From assembly GCA_964626665.1 (NCBI GenBank), contig CAZVGK010000008.1, forward strand, positions 31,779-95,778: 64,000 bases of DNA. Direction: 5' to 3'. Position numbers and translations under genes: made by a program. Each line of letters opens with the position of its first letter. The stretch's first letter is position 1. This document shows, one piece after another, positions 1 through 9,966 of this stretch. The DNA comes from an uncultured Gemmatimonadota bacterium (GTDB taxonomy: Bacteria; SM23-81; DAOVCL01). The notes under the pieces were generated by a model. It did not search any database and was not told the origin of the DNA. It saw nothing but the letters and a program-made list of their open reading frames with translations.

Positions 1-4
1 CTGC

Positions 5-610
5 ATGATTTGGCTGTTTCCGCTTACCCTAATCCTGACCAGCTCAGCCCAGGGGAAAACAGTTTTAGGGATAAAGTCTTCCCCTACCTATGGAGATAGC
101 TACATCGGGCTTGAGTTGACTCCCCGGTTCACCCTCTCTGGGGGAGCAGATCTTCTGCAGACTGAGCTGAAGGAGGATTTTTCAAGCGCAGCGGCATCGG
201 TGACCCTCTTCATTCCCAATGTAGGCTTCAGATTCCTCCTCAAGGAGGAAATAAAGGAGGAGGTCACCCCCTACTTTTCTCTTGACCTGCTTAAATCCTA
301 TGCCACAGTGGACATCGACGATGACTCCTCCCTGCGGGACTACCTGAGCAAAGACGACGAGAAACTCTTAGAGGACCTTTTGAGCTTCTGGGGGATAAGC
401 CCGGCAGTGGGGCTCGAATACCCCTTTTCCCCTAAGTTCAGCATAGGAGGTGAGCTGGGATTCAGGCTTTTCTTTGCGCAAGGAAAGTTGACAAGAGGGG
501 GCAACTACTACTTTATCTATACTGGGGGCAATAGTCTCAGCAACAAGAGCAAAGTTCATTTAGATATAAACCTCACCTACACGGCCATTTGCCTTAACTT
601 CAGGTTCTAA
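5..610 (+). CDS. Outer-membrane beta-barrel protein (OmpA/porin-like), start may lie outside the window
   Basis: N-terminal hydrophobic signal-like segment, alternating amphipathic beta-strands (GLEYPFSPKFSIGGELGF), C-terminal Phe (LNFRF). Confidence 0.6.
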   Translation: MIWLFPLTLILTSSAQGKTVLGIKSSPTYGDSYIGLELTPRFTLSGGADLLQTELKEDFSSAAASVTLFIPNVGFRFLLKEEIKEEVTPYFSLDLLKSYATVDIDDDSSLRDYLSKDDEKLLEDLLSFWGISPAVGLEYPFSPKFSIGGELGFRLFFAQGKLTRGGNYYFIYTGGNSLSNKSKVHLDINLTYTAICLNFRF

Positions 611-752
611 AGATAGGGACACTTCCTATTTTTTTTGACGTCATCCACACCCAAACTCCGAGCCACCAGGTGGGGGTATCTGATCGCCCATCCATAGGGC
701 GCTCAGGCCTTTGCTGGGGCCAGTCTGGTGAATAATCCGGATTAGCCCCATA

Positions 753-947
753 TAGCCTGAATTATTCGTAGAATCGTATGAATCCCCTCGGACAGATAGG
801 GGTTTTTCCGCGTAGGGACAGGGCTTCAGCCCTGTCCGAGAAGAGCGGACAGACATAAATGTCTGTCCCTACAAAACAAATACATAAATCATTAGCCTTG
901 AAAGGGATGTACCAATTCCTTTTTGGTCTATGGATATTTGGGGGCTA
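753..947. mobile_element. MITE-like element, family A, copy 1, with internal GTAG-REP doublet (812-872)
   Basis: Degenerate terminal inverted repeats (TAGCCTGAATTATTCGTAGA ... TCTATGGATATTTGGGGGCTA); internal GTAGGGACAGGGCTTCAGCCCTGTCC ... GGACAGACATAAATGTCTGTCCCTAC; related copies at 33383, 42690, 57099. Confidence 0.7.
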
Positions 948-958
948 ATAAAATCTGG

Positions 959-987
959 TTGATTTACTTAGGAAATTTGGTTATATT
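959..987 (+). promoter_or_regulatory. Putative sigma70 promoter
   Basis: TTGATT-17bp-TATATT upstream of GGAGGAG RBS; the same -10 TATATT recurs at 13842, 14069, 56514. Confidence 0.5.
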
Positions 988-1030
988 TAGACAGGTTCAC
1001 ATCTCTTTTTCACCTTAATCTGGAGGAGAA

Positions 1031-4000
1031 ATGAAGAAGTTGATTTTTGCCCTCTTTGTAAGCGCCCTAATAGTACTAACGATTGTGCCCCTGTATGCAC
1101 AGGTAGAGATGCTCTCCAATGGGGATTTTGAGAGCTGGACAGTTAATGGTACCGCTGGCCCACCAGATAATTGGTCTCTTTCCAGCTCTAGTTTTTTCTC
1201 CGCTAGCCAGGAGGCTACGACCGTTCATGCTGGAACTTACAGCGTGAATCTGACCTGGTCAACCACGAGTACTCGAAACCTTGAACAGATGGACATTCCG
1301 GTAATGGCTGACAGTGCCTACATCCTTTCTGCTTGGGTTTATGACAACGACCCGGATGGGAGGGTTCGTGTCAATATTCGCTGGGAATACTCGGGGGGCG
1401 GTTACATTAGCAACAGCTATTCTGACTACTCCTCTGACAATTCCAATTGGCTGTTACTGAGCACCGATAGCGTGACAGCTCCCAGCAATGCTGCTCAGTG
1501 CAAGGTTCGCATAGCCTGTTATGATATCTCTGGTTGGGATGGAGATGCCACTGTCTATGTAGATGATGCCTCCCTCAGTAAGGTTATACCAGTTGGGCCG
1601 ACCACCATCTATGATGTGCAGTTTAACAACACCACTCAGGGGAGTGATAGTTCCTGTTACCCGTCACCGGAGGATGGCAACACGGTGACTATTACTGGAG
1701 TGGTCACTGGCATAACCGAAAACACATCCTATGACAACTTCTGGATTCAGGATTCATCCGGGTTATGGCATGGAATTTATGCTTTCGACAATTCCATCCA
1801 CCCCTCACGGGGCGACAGCATTACCCTAACCGGTTCGATAAGCGAATATTGGGGGTTGACCGAGATCGATCCCAGTTCGCATCAGGTCCACGCCACTGGA
1901 AGACCTGAACCAAGCCCGATAAAGGTTACCTCAGCGGATCTGGCCGGGGGGTGCTCCGCAATCGGCGAATCTTATGAAGGAGTTTTAGTGAGAATAGACT
2001 CTGTGGTAGTCACCCAAGACCTCAATGAACATAGTGAATGGTATGTCTCCGATGATGGGGGAGCAACAGAGTGTCAGATAGACGATAAATGCTTCCATTA
2101 CAATCCCACTGTTGGAGAAAGTCTCACCTATATCATCGGAGTTGTGCACTATTCTTACTCAGAATATGAGATTAATCCACGGAGCATAGATGACATCGGC
2201 AGGTTGGGAGGACCTCCACCTTTTTTGTCCATCTATGATGTGCAATTTAACAACACCAACCAAGGCAGTGGCGACGACTGCTACCCCTCCCCCTACGAGG
2301 ACAGTTTGTTGACCATAACTGGAGTCGTCACTGGAATTACCCGAAACATAGGGTATGACAACTTTTGGTTGCAGGATTCCGCCGGCTGCTGGAGCGGGGT
2401 GTATATCTTCGACAATACGATCAGTCCATCTGTAGGAGACAGCATGACCATCACTGGTTCGATTTCTGAGTATTACGGTTTGACTGAAGTCAGCGTCTCT
2501 GAATATGAAACCCACACCCATGGAGTTTCTGGGTTTACACCAATTGCGTTGACGGCTGACGATTTAGATGACGGATGCTCGACCACAGGGGAGTCCTATG
2601 AAGGAGTGCTGGTAAGGATAGAAAACGTCGTTGTAACAGATACAAGCGGCTTTACCGTCCATGGTGAATGGTATATCTCCGATGACGGTGGCGCTCACCA
2701 GTGTCAAATCGATGACATGTGTTTTCCTTATGAGCCGGAAATTGGAGATACCCTTACATCCATTATAGGGGTCGTTCACTACTCGGGTGGCGAATATGAG
2801 ATAAATCCGAGGAGTGCCAGTGATATCGTTCCGCTGCATCCTGATTCCACCTTGAAGATTTACCTTATAGATGTAGGTCAGGGGGATGCTACGCTAATGG
2901 TTTCTCCAGCCGGTAAAACATTGCTTATGGATGGTGGACAGTATGGGATGGGGTATGACAGAATTGTTCCCTTGATGGACAATTTAGGTGTGGGTCACTT
3001 GGACTTTATGGTCGCTTCTCACTATGACGGCGACCATATCGGCGGCCTCGACGAGGTGGTCAACGGGGGTTATCCGCCAGGCATCGCCTATGACCGGGGG
3101 GATTCGGTGGGGGGAAACCAGTTCAACCAGTATCTGGATGCTATCAGGGATGTGCGGCAGACCATCGATACCTGTCAGGTCATTGATCTGGGTGGTGGGG
3201 TTACTATCACCTGTTTGACCGTGGATGCCTGCATCTGCCAGGATGGTTGTGTGGATACGACTGGCACCAGCGAAACGGAGAACAGCTTGAGTGTTGGCCT
3301 GCTGGTGGAGTACGGGGATTTTGACTACTGGGTTTCAGGGGACCTCACCGGGGGAGGTTTTGGGACCGCAAATGTGGAGAGCGTCGCTGCTGAGGTGATT
3401 GGAGATGTGGATGTCCTGCGGGTCAATCACCATGGGAGTGGCACGAGTACCCATTGGCACTTTACCAATACCCTTCTTCCCGATGTATCCGTCATTTCCG
3501 TCGGCGACAATGACTTCGGTCACCCTCACCAATGGATATTAAACAGATTGAATGACCTTATCACCATGCAAGCTATATATCAGACAGAAACGGGAAGCGG
3601 TGGCACCGCTGACAAAGTTCAGGTCGCCAATGGGACAGTTTTGATCGAGACCGATGGTAGTACCTATACCGTCTCTGGAGGGGATCTAATTCCCACTACT
3701 TACGATGTTGACGAGGTGAGGTTCTCGCCGACAGTGGTGATTAACGAGGTAATGAAGAATCCTGCATACCCACCTGCCGATGAGGATGGAGAGTGGTTCG
3801 AACTCTACAATGCCACCGATGAGGTCATAGATCTCCAGAACTGGACAATCAAGGATGACTATCTGGACAACTTCGTTATCACTAGTTCCCTGGAAATCCT
3901 CCCCCATGGCTATGTGGTGTTTGGAACAAATGGAAACCCAGAACAGAACGGGGGCTACACTCCGGATTATGTTTATAACTGGTTTAACGATTTCAGATTG

Positions 4001-4549
4001 TCTAATGCCGATGATGAGATAATTCTGATGAACGGGGACCAGGTCGTTGATTTTGTCTACTATGATGATGGGTTAAACTGGCCTGATGATGAGGACAAGT
4101 CTATGCAGTTATCCAATCCCTATCTGAACAACAATGTGGGAGCAAACTGGGCATCGACCACCGACAGCACCTATGGGACGGGCCACTACGGCACCCCCGG
4201 GTATCAGAACAGCAACTACATAGTAGCTGTGGGGAACAGATCCGAGACCCAATTGCCCATTACCTTTCACCTCTCTCAGAACTACCCCAACCCATTCAAT
4301 TCAAATACAGTTATCAGTTATCAGTTGTCAGCAGTCGGCAATCGGCGGTCAGCAGTCAGCCTGAAGATTTACAACATTGCCGGGCAGTTGGTGAGGACGC
4401 TGGTGGATGGGGCAAAACAACCGGGGAGACACTCTGTTGTGTGGAATGGAATGGACAAAGAAGGTCACTCTGTGGCCAGTGGGATATACCTCTGTAGGTT
4501 AAGGGTAGGTAATCTTTCCCAAACTATGAAGATGGTTTTGCTGAGGTAA
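1031..4549 (+). CDS. Secreted multidomain protein: CBM-like domain, two OB-fold-like repeats, ComEC-type metallo-beta-lactamase domain, lamin-tail domain, FlgD-Ig/T9SS-type C-terminal tail; probable extracellular nuclease
   Basis: Signal peptide; LSNGDFE; duplicated (T/S)IYDVQFNNTxQG...EINPRS; IDVGQGDA, SHYDGDHIGG, NHHGS, FGHPH; VVINEVM...EWFELYN; QNYPNPFN...KMVLLR. Confidence 0.75.
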   Translation: MKKLIFALFVSALIVLTIVPLYAQVEMLSNGDFESWTVNGTAGPPDNWSLSSSSFFSASQEATTVHAGTYSVNLTWSTTSTRNLEQMDIPVMADSAYILSAWVYDNDPDGRVRVNIRWEYSGGGYISNSYSDYSSDNSNWLLLSTDSVTAPSNAAQCKVRIACYDISGWDGDATVYVDDASLSKVIPVGPTTIYDVQFNNTTQGSDSSCYPSPEDGNTVTITGVVTGITENTSYDNFWIQDSSGLWHGIYAFDNSIHPSRGDSITLTGSISEYWGLTEIDPSSHQVHATGRPEPSPIKVTSADLAGGCSAIGESYEGVLVRIDSVVVTQDLNEHSEWYVSDDGGATECQIDDKCFHYNPTVGESLTYIIGVVHYSYSEYEINPRSIDDIGRLGGPPPFLSIYDVQFNNTNQGSGDDCYPSPYEDSLLTITGVVTGITRNIGYDNFWLQDSAGCWSGVYIFDNTISPSVGDSMTITGSISEYYGLTEVSVSEYETHTHGVSGFTPIALTADDLDDGCSTTGESYEGVLVRIENVVVTDTSGFTVHGEWYISDDGGAHQCQIDDMCFPYEPEIGDTLTSIIGVVHYSGGEYEINPRSASDIVPLHPDSTLKIYLIDVGQGDATLMVSPAGKTLLMDGGQYGMGYDRIVPLMDNLGVGHLDFMVASHYDGDHIGGLDEVVNGGYPPGIAYDRGDSVGGNQFNQYLDAIRDVRQTIDTCQVIDLGGGVTITCLTVDACICQDGCVDTTGTSETENSLSVGLLVEYGDFDYWVSGDLTGGGFGTANVESVAAEVIGDVDVLRVNHHGSGTSTHWHFTNTLLPDVSVISVGDNDFGHPHQWILNRLNDLITMQAIYQTETGSGGTADKVQVANGTVLIETDGSTYTVSGGDLIPTTYDVDEVRFSPTVVINEVMKNPAYPPADEDGEWFELYNATDEVIDLQNWTIKDDYLDNFVITSSLEILPHGYVVFGTNGNPEQNGGYTPDYVYNWFNDFRLSNADDEIILMNGDQVVDFVYYDDGLNWPDDEDKSMQLSNPYLNNNVGANWASTTDSTYGTGHYGTPGYQNSNYIVAVGNRSETQLPITFHLSQNYPNPFNSNTVISYQLSAVGNRRSAVSLKIYNIAGQLVRTLVDGAKQPGRHSVVWNGMDKEGHSVASGIYLCRLRVGNLSQTMKMVLLR

Positions 4550-4571
4550 TCTTTAATCTGGGGTTTGGACC

Positions 4572-4610
4572 AGAAGAGCCACCCTCAACCTTAGGGTGGC
4601 TCTTCTCTTT
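4572..4610 (+). terminator. Intrinsic terminator
   Basis: AGAAGAGCCACCCT-loop-AGGGTGGCTCTTCT followed by T-rich tail. Confidence 0.7.
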
Positions 4611-4727
4611 AGGGAATGAGAATTAGGTTGACAGGATGAAAGGAATTATTTATTTTGGATTAAATGGTTTTGCTTCTCCATTTTGGTAGCGGCAGGTAAT
4701 GATTAGAAAGGTGCAAGGGAGGATAAG

Positions 4728-5072
4728 ATGAAGCTTGTAAACTACCGTCAGGTTAAATCTGAACCAGTTACCGATGAAGGGGCCAAGGACACCACCATTG
4801 CCTGGGCCCTCTCGGAGAAGGATGGAACTCCCAACTTCTCTATGAGGATCTTTCGGGTCCAGCCCGGGGGCTATACCCCTCTTCACTCCCATAGTTGGGA
4901 GCATGAGATCTTCGTTATCAGGGGAGAGGGAACCTTAGTTGACGAGGGAAAGGAGTACGGGCTAAAGGCTGGCGACATCGCCTTTGTCCAGCCCCAGGAA
5001 CTTCACCAGTTTAAAAATAATGGCAACCAGACCTGGGAATTCCTCTGTCTGGTTCCCAATGAGCGGAGGTGA
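4728..5072 (+). CDS. Cupin domain protein
   Basis: PGGYTPLHSHSWEHE...G...AGD...HQFKN cupin motifs. Confidence 0.85.
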   Translation: MKLVNYRQVKSEPVTDEGAKDTTIAWALSEKDGTPNFSMRIFRVQPGGYTPLHSHSWEHEIFVIRGEGTLVDEGKEYGLKAGDIAFVQPQELHQFKNNGNQTWEFLCLVPNERR

Positions 5073-5075
5073 TAG

Positions 5076-5453
5076 ATGGCTGAGGAGAAGGAAGGCTTCT
5101 TTATGCAGTTGGTTCTTATGTTTCAGACCGCAGCTATGCAACAGATGGGAAAGGTGATCAACCCCTTGACCCAGAAGATAGAGAAGGACCTCTCCCAGGC
5201 CAAGTTTTCCATTGATATGTTGGGTATGATTGAGGAGAAAACCAAGGGAAACCTCAGCGATGAGGAGAAGAGGATCTTAGATCATATCCTCTTTGAGTTA
5301 AGGATAAACTATGTAGATGAAGTAGAGAAGGAGAAAAAAGTCTCTGAACTGGAGAAGAAGGCTACCGAGGGAAAGACCACCGCTCAAGGGGAGGTTAAGG
5401 GGGAGAAAAAGCCAACCAAGCCTAAGGAACGGAAAAAGGAAGCCAAGAAGTAG
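5076..5453 (+). CDS. DUF1844-like protein
   Basis: MGKVINP...DLSQAKFSIDMLGMIEEKTKGNLSDEE...L.ELRINYV. Confidence 0.75.
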   Translation: MAEEKEGFFMQLVLMFQTAAMQQMGKVINPLTQKIEKDLSQAKFSIDMLGMIEEKTKGNLSDEEKRILDHILFELRINYVDEVEKEKKVSELEKKATEGKTTAQGEVKGEKKPTKPKERKKEAKK

Positions 5454-5505
5454 GGGCGTAAGGCCTCACCCCCCTAAGGTTCTTGTCATATTTCGTCACG
5501 GAATC

Positions 5506-5754
5506 TCATGGCGCGGTAAAGCCGCAATAAAATAATTCACCGCAAAGTCGCAAAGGACGCAAAGCTCACCAGGCCAAAAATGGGAAATTGGAAAATAAGA
5601 AAATGGAAATTAGGGAAAGCTGATTCAATTAGGATTCGTGCTATTCGTCCATTCGTGGGATTCGTGTTCAAGGCCTTCTTTTCTTTGCGAACCCAGCGGC
5701 TTTGCGGTTAAAAAATTTGTTAAAAAACAAGACCTTGCAGGTTTGTAGTACAGA
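5506..5754 (+). repeat. Composite repeat element, family B, filled with 7- and 9-mer short repeats
   Basis: Left end GCGCGGTAAAGCCGCAA and right end AAAAAACAAGACCTTGCAGGTTTGTAGTACAGA match the reverse complement of 48213-48496; interior CGCAAAG and ATTCGT repeats. Confidence 0.6.
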
Positions 5755-5918
5755 AAAAAGCAATTAAGAATCAAGAATGAGGCTTATGCTGGCTATCCCC
5801 GATTCCTGTAAACTGACTTCTGATCCCTATTTTTCTGATAGCCTATGATTGGTTATTGCCCTTTTCAAATATAGCGATTTGAGTCGACAAAAATGTCTTG
5901 TGGATTTAAACTTTATAA

Positions 5919-7205
5919 ATGAAGCTGCAGAAAGTAAAGGGAACCAAGGACATCCTCCCAGGTGAGGCGGAGAGGTGGAGGCATATAGAGGAGAAGATAA
6001 GGGGGGTGATGGCCAGATACAATTATGGGGAGATCCGCACCCCCCTCTTTGAACTGACCGAGCTCTTTGCCAAGGGGACCGGCCAGGACACGGACATCGT
6101 CACCAAGGAGATGTATACATTCCCGGACAAGGGGGGAAGGAGCCTCACCCTCTGTCCGGAGGGAACACCGCCGGTGATCAGGGCCTACTTAGAGAACAGC
6201 CTGGGTAGGCGATTTCCCCTGGTGAAGCTCTTTTACATCGCTCCGATGTTCAGACAGGAGAACCCCCAAGCGGGTAGGCTAAGACAGTTTCACCAGTTTG
6301 GGGTAGAGGCCATCGGTTCCCCCCAACCCCAGATGGATGTTGAGGTTATCTCCCTCTGTATGGACATATACCAGGAGGTGGGTCTGCAGGGGTTGCAGCT
6401 CAAGTTGAATAGCATTGGCTGTAGGGATTGCCGGGCAAGCTATAGGGAAAGGTTAAAAAACTATTTGGCCGATAAGAGTGAGAGACTCTGTGCAGACTGT
6501 CAGGTCAGATCCGTAAAAAATCCCTTGAGGTGCTTTGACTGCAAAAAAGAGGGGTGCCAACTGGTGATGCAAGAGGCCCCCTCCACCTTGGATGGGCTAT
6601 GCCAGAACTGCCGGGAACATTTTCAGGCTGTTCAGAATGGGTTAACGGATTTGGGGATACCCTTTGAGGTTGATCCCGGGCTGGTCAGGGGATTGGACTA
6701 CTATACAAGAACGGTCTTTGAGGTTCTCAGCTCGGGCCTGGGCGCCCAGGATGCCCTCTGTGGCGGGGGAAGATACGATGATTTAGTGGAGGAGTTGGGG
6801 GGGGAACCTACCCCCGCAGTGGGGTTTGCTGCCGGCATGGAAAGGCTCCTTCTCTCCCTAAATGAGGCGGAGGAAACAGCCCGGTTGGGGCCAGATCTTT
6901 TTCTCATCTCCCTGGGTCCCCAGGCCCAAACTGCCTCTTTGCAGCTGATCCATAGGTTAAGGAAGATAGGCCTGCGCTGTGAAATGGACTATTTGGGGAG
7001 GAGCCTCAAATCCCAGCTCAGGGAGGCCAACAGACAGGGGGCCCCCTTTGCCCTGATCATTGGGAAGAGGGAGTTGGAATCCGGAGAGGCAAACCTGAAG
7101 GATATGAGAAATGGTCAGGAGCAAAAGGTAAGCTGGGCAGATACCCAAAGGATTTACTCCCGGATAAGGGGGAAAGATACAGAAAAACCTCCAATTCCGA
7201 TGTAA
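5919..7205 (+). CDS. hisS: Histidine--tRNA ligase
   Basis: KGTKDILP, PEGT, RQFHQFGVE, VRGLDYYTRTVFE, GGGRYD. Confidence 0.97.
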   Translation: MKLQKVKGTKDILPGEAERWRHIEEKIRGVMARYNYGEIRTPLFELTELFAKGTGQDTDIVTKEMYTFPDKGGRSLTLCPEGTPPVIRAYLENSLGRRFPLVKLFYIAPMFRQENPQAGRLRQFHQFGVEAIGSPQPQMDVEVISLCMDIYQEVGLQGLQLKLNSIGCRDCRASYRERLKNYLADKSERLCADCQVRSVKNPLRCFDCKKEGCQLVMQEAPSTLDGLCQNCREHFQAVQNGLTDLGIPFEVDPGLVRGLDYYTRTVFEVLSSGLGAQDALCGGGRYDDLVEELGGEPTPAVGFAAGMERLLLSLNEAEETARLGPDLFLISLGPQAQTASLQLIHRLRKIGLRCEMDYLGRSLKSQLREANRQGAPFALIIGKRELESGEANLKDMRNGQEQKVSWADTQRIYSRIRGKDTEKPPIPM

Positions 7206-7260
7206 AAAAGATGAACTGGGAGGATACCCAAGGGATTTACTCCCGGATAAGGGGGAAGAT
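7123..7260 (+). repeat. ~55-bp imperfect direct repeat (offset 83 bp) at the hisS/aspS junction
   Basis: CTGGG..GATACCCAA.GGATTTACTCCCGGATAAGGGGGAA present at ~7133 and ~7216. Confidence 0.9.
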
Positions 7261-9028
7261 GCCTCAAATTAAAAGAAGCCACACCTGCGGAAAACTGCGC
7301 CCCAAGGATGTGGGCAAAGAGGTGGTCCTCTGCGGTTGGGTGCACCACTGGAGAAACCATGGGGGGGTCATCTTTGTGGATTTAAGGGACAGGTATGGGA
7401 TAACTCAGGTGATATTCAGGCCTTCTGACAATCCAACTATCCAATCCCAGGCGGCAAAGCTGAGAAATGAGTGGGTGGTCTGTGTGAAGGGAAAGGTCCT
7501 TGAACGTCCAGAGGGGATGGTTAACCCAAACTTAGAGACTGGTGGAATAGAGGTGGAGGGGGAAAAGATCGATGTTTTAAGCACCTCCCAAACCCCACCT
7601 TTTCTCATCTCCGATGAACCTGGCGCTACGGAGGACCTCCGGTTAAAATATAGGTATTTAGACTTAAGGAGGCCCCCCCTGCAGAGAAACCTCATCCTGC
7701 GTCACCGGGTTTACCAGGTCGCCAGGGAGTACCTGAACCGGGAGGGTTTCTTAGAGATAGAAACCCCCATCCTTACCAAAAGCACCCCAGAGGGGGCCAG
7801 GGATTATCTGGTCCCCAGCAGGGAGCACAAGGGCTGGTTCTATGCCCTTCCCCAATCCCCTCAGATGTATAAACAGATCCTTATGGTTGCCGGACTGGAT
7901 AGATACTATCAGATAGCCAGATGTTTCCGCGACGAGGATCTGCGGGCTGATCGCCAACCGGAGTTCACTCAGATCGACCTTGAACTCTCCTTTGTCGATG
8001 AGGAGGAGATCTTCTCCCTCACTGAGGGCTTGATGGCCCACATCTTCCAGAAGACCTTGGGTATAGAGATTAAACGACCATTCCCCCGCATAAGCTACCC
8101 ACAGGCGCTGGGTGAATATGGCACGGATAAACCGGATATAAGGTTTGGGATAAAGATAAAGGAGCTCGGTGATCTCCTGCAGGAAACGGATTTCAGGATC
8201 TTCAAAGGGGTTTTGCAGGAAGGGGGTGTAGTAAGGGGGATAAACTCCCCGGGGTTGGCTTCTCTCTCCCGCAAGGGTTTGGATGATCTTTCCCAATTGG
8301 TGGAGAAGGTAGGGGCCAAGGGCTTGCTTTGGATAAAGGTCACCTCTCAGGGGGTAATATCTCCCCTCACCAAATTCATCTCGGCCGAGGAGATAGAGCG
8401 AATAAAGGAAAGGTTGCAGGCCAAGGAGGGGGACCTGTTCCTCATAGTTGCCGGGAAGGAGGAGGTAGTGGCCACATCGTTAGGAATACTTAGGCAGGAA
8501 TTGGCCAAGAGGCTACATCTTATCCCCGCAGGGAAATTCCGCTTCTGCTGGGTGGTTGATTTTCCCCTCTTTCACTACAACGAACAAGAGAAAAGGATCG
8601 AGTCCGAACACCACCCCTTCACCGGGGTTCCCCCGGAAGATATCCCCCTCTTGGACTCCGATCCGCTCAAGACCAGGTCCCGCGCCTATGACCTGGTCTT
8701 AAATGGGGTGGAGATAGGGAGCGGTAGCATCAGGATTCACCAGAGGGATTTACAGCGTAAGATCTTCCAAATACTTGGCCTCACCCCCCAGGAAGTACAG
8801 AAGAAGTTTGGCTTCCTCTTAGAGGCCTTCCAATTTGGGGTCCCCCCCCATGGGGGGATCGCCCCGGGGCTGGACAGATTGCTTATGCTTATGGCTGGAG
8901 GGAAGTCCCTTAGGGAGGTGATCGCCTTTCCCAAGACCACTGCTGCTTCCTCGCTTATGGTTGGCTCCCCTTCCCCGGTGGGAGAGGAGCAACTGAGGGA
9001 ATTGGGGATAAAGATGGTAGGTAGTTGA
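7259..9028 (+). CDS. aspS: Aspartate--tRNA ligase (alternative start 7211)
   Basis: RSHTCG, RNHGGVIFVDLRDRYG, TPEGARDYLVPSR, DRQPEFTQID, PPHGGIAPGLDR; ATG 7259 preceded by AAGGGGG. Confidence 0.97.
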   Translation: MPQIKRSHTCGKLRPKDVGKEVVLCGWVHHWRNHGGVIFVDLRDRYGITQVIFRPSDNPTIQSQAAKLRNEWVVCVKGKVLERPEGMVNPNLETGGIEVEGEKIDVLSTSQTPPFLISDEPGATEDLRLKYRYLDLRRPPLQRNLILRHRVYQVAREYLNREGFLEIETPILTKSTPEGARDYLVPSREHKGWFYALPQSPQMYKQILMVAGLDRYYQIARCFRDEDLRADRQPEFTQIDLELSFVDEEEIFSLTEGLMAHIFQKTLGIEIKRPFPRISYPQALGEYGTDKPDIRFGIKIKELGDLLQETDFRIFKGVLQEGGVVRGINSPGLASLSRKGLDDLSQLVEKVGAKGLLWIKVTSQGVISPLTKFISAEEIERIKERLQAKEGDLFLIVAGKEEVVATSLGILRQELAKRLHLIPAGKFRFCWVVDFPLFHYNEQEKRIESEHHPFTGVPPEDIPLLDSDPLKTRSRAYDLVLNGVEIGSGSIRIHQRDLQRKIFQILGLTPQEVQKKFGFLLEAFQFGVPPHGGIAPGLDRLLMLMAGGKSLREVIAFPKTTAASSLMVGSPSPVGEEQLRELGIKMVGS

Positions 9029-9966
9029 AAACCATCAAACTCACCATCTCAGATGTGGAACCGGTCTCCATCTTCGGGCTCAACGAGGAGAACCTGAGGA
9101 GAATCGAGGAGGAGTTCTCCTCCCGCATAGTTGTGCGCGGGAGCGAGGTGACTATAAAGGGCAAAGAGGAGGAGGTAGAGAAGATAAGGCTTCTCCTCTT
9201 TGATCTAATCGACCAATCCCGCAAGGGACACTTCTGCACCCCAGATGATGTGCGCTACTTCCTGCAGAAGATAAAAAACGGGGAGGCCCCCCCAGAACCG
9301 CCCCCCCTTCTGGTCTCATCCCGCTTGGAGGGAATCAGGCCGAGAACCATTGGTCAAAGGGAATACATTGAGGCTATGGGCCAGAACGACATCGTCTTTT
9401 CCATTGGCCCGGCGGGAACAGGGAAAACCTACCTGGCTGTGGCTATGGCCGTCTCCTCCTTCAAGGAAAGGTTGGTGCAAAGGATCGTTCTGGTCAGGCC
9501 AGCCGTGGAGGCCGGGGAGAGCCTCGGTTTTCTACCTGGGGATTTTAAGGAGAAGGTAGACCCCTATCTCCGCCCCCTCTATGATGCCCTCTATGATATG
9601 CTCCCCCCCCAAAAGATGAGAAGATCCGTAGAAAATGGGGCAATAGAGATTGCCCCCCTGGCTTATATGAGGGGCAGAAACTTGAAGAGGGCCTTTGTTA
9701 TACTTGATGAAGCCCAGAATACCACCATCGCCCAGATGAAGATGTTCCTCACCCGGTTGGGGCCTCATTCCCGGGCCGTGATCACCGGGGACATAACCCA
9801 GATAGATCTGAGCAATCCCTCCTCCTCAGGGCTAATCCTTATCCAAAACATCCTGCAGGGTGTAGGAGGAATAAAATTCGTCTATCTCACGAAAAGCGAT
9901 GTGGTCAGACATAGGTTGGTGCAGGAGATAATAAAGGCCTTTGACCAGTATGAAAAAAGCAAGTAA
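9025..9966 (+). CDS. phoH: PhoH-family ATPase (PhoH/YbeZ)
   Basis: GPAGTGKT, RPAVEAGESLGFLPGD, YMRGR, DEAQN. Confidence 0.93.
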   Translation: MKTIKLTISDVEPVSIFGLNEENLRRIEEEFSSRIVVRGSEVTIKGKEEEVEKIRLLLFDLIDQSRKGHFCTPDDVRYFLQKIKNGEAPPEPPPLLVSSRLEGIRPRTIGQREYIEAMGQNDIVFSIGPAGTGKTYLAVAMAVSSFKERLVQRIVLVRPAVEAGESLGFLPGDFKEKVDPYLRPLYDALYDMLPPQKMRRSVENGAIEIAPLAYMRGRNLKRAFVILDEAQNTTIAQMKMFLTRLGPHSRAVITGDITQIDLSNPSSSGLILIQNILQGVGGIKFVYLTKSDVVRHRLVQEIIKAFDQYEKSK

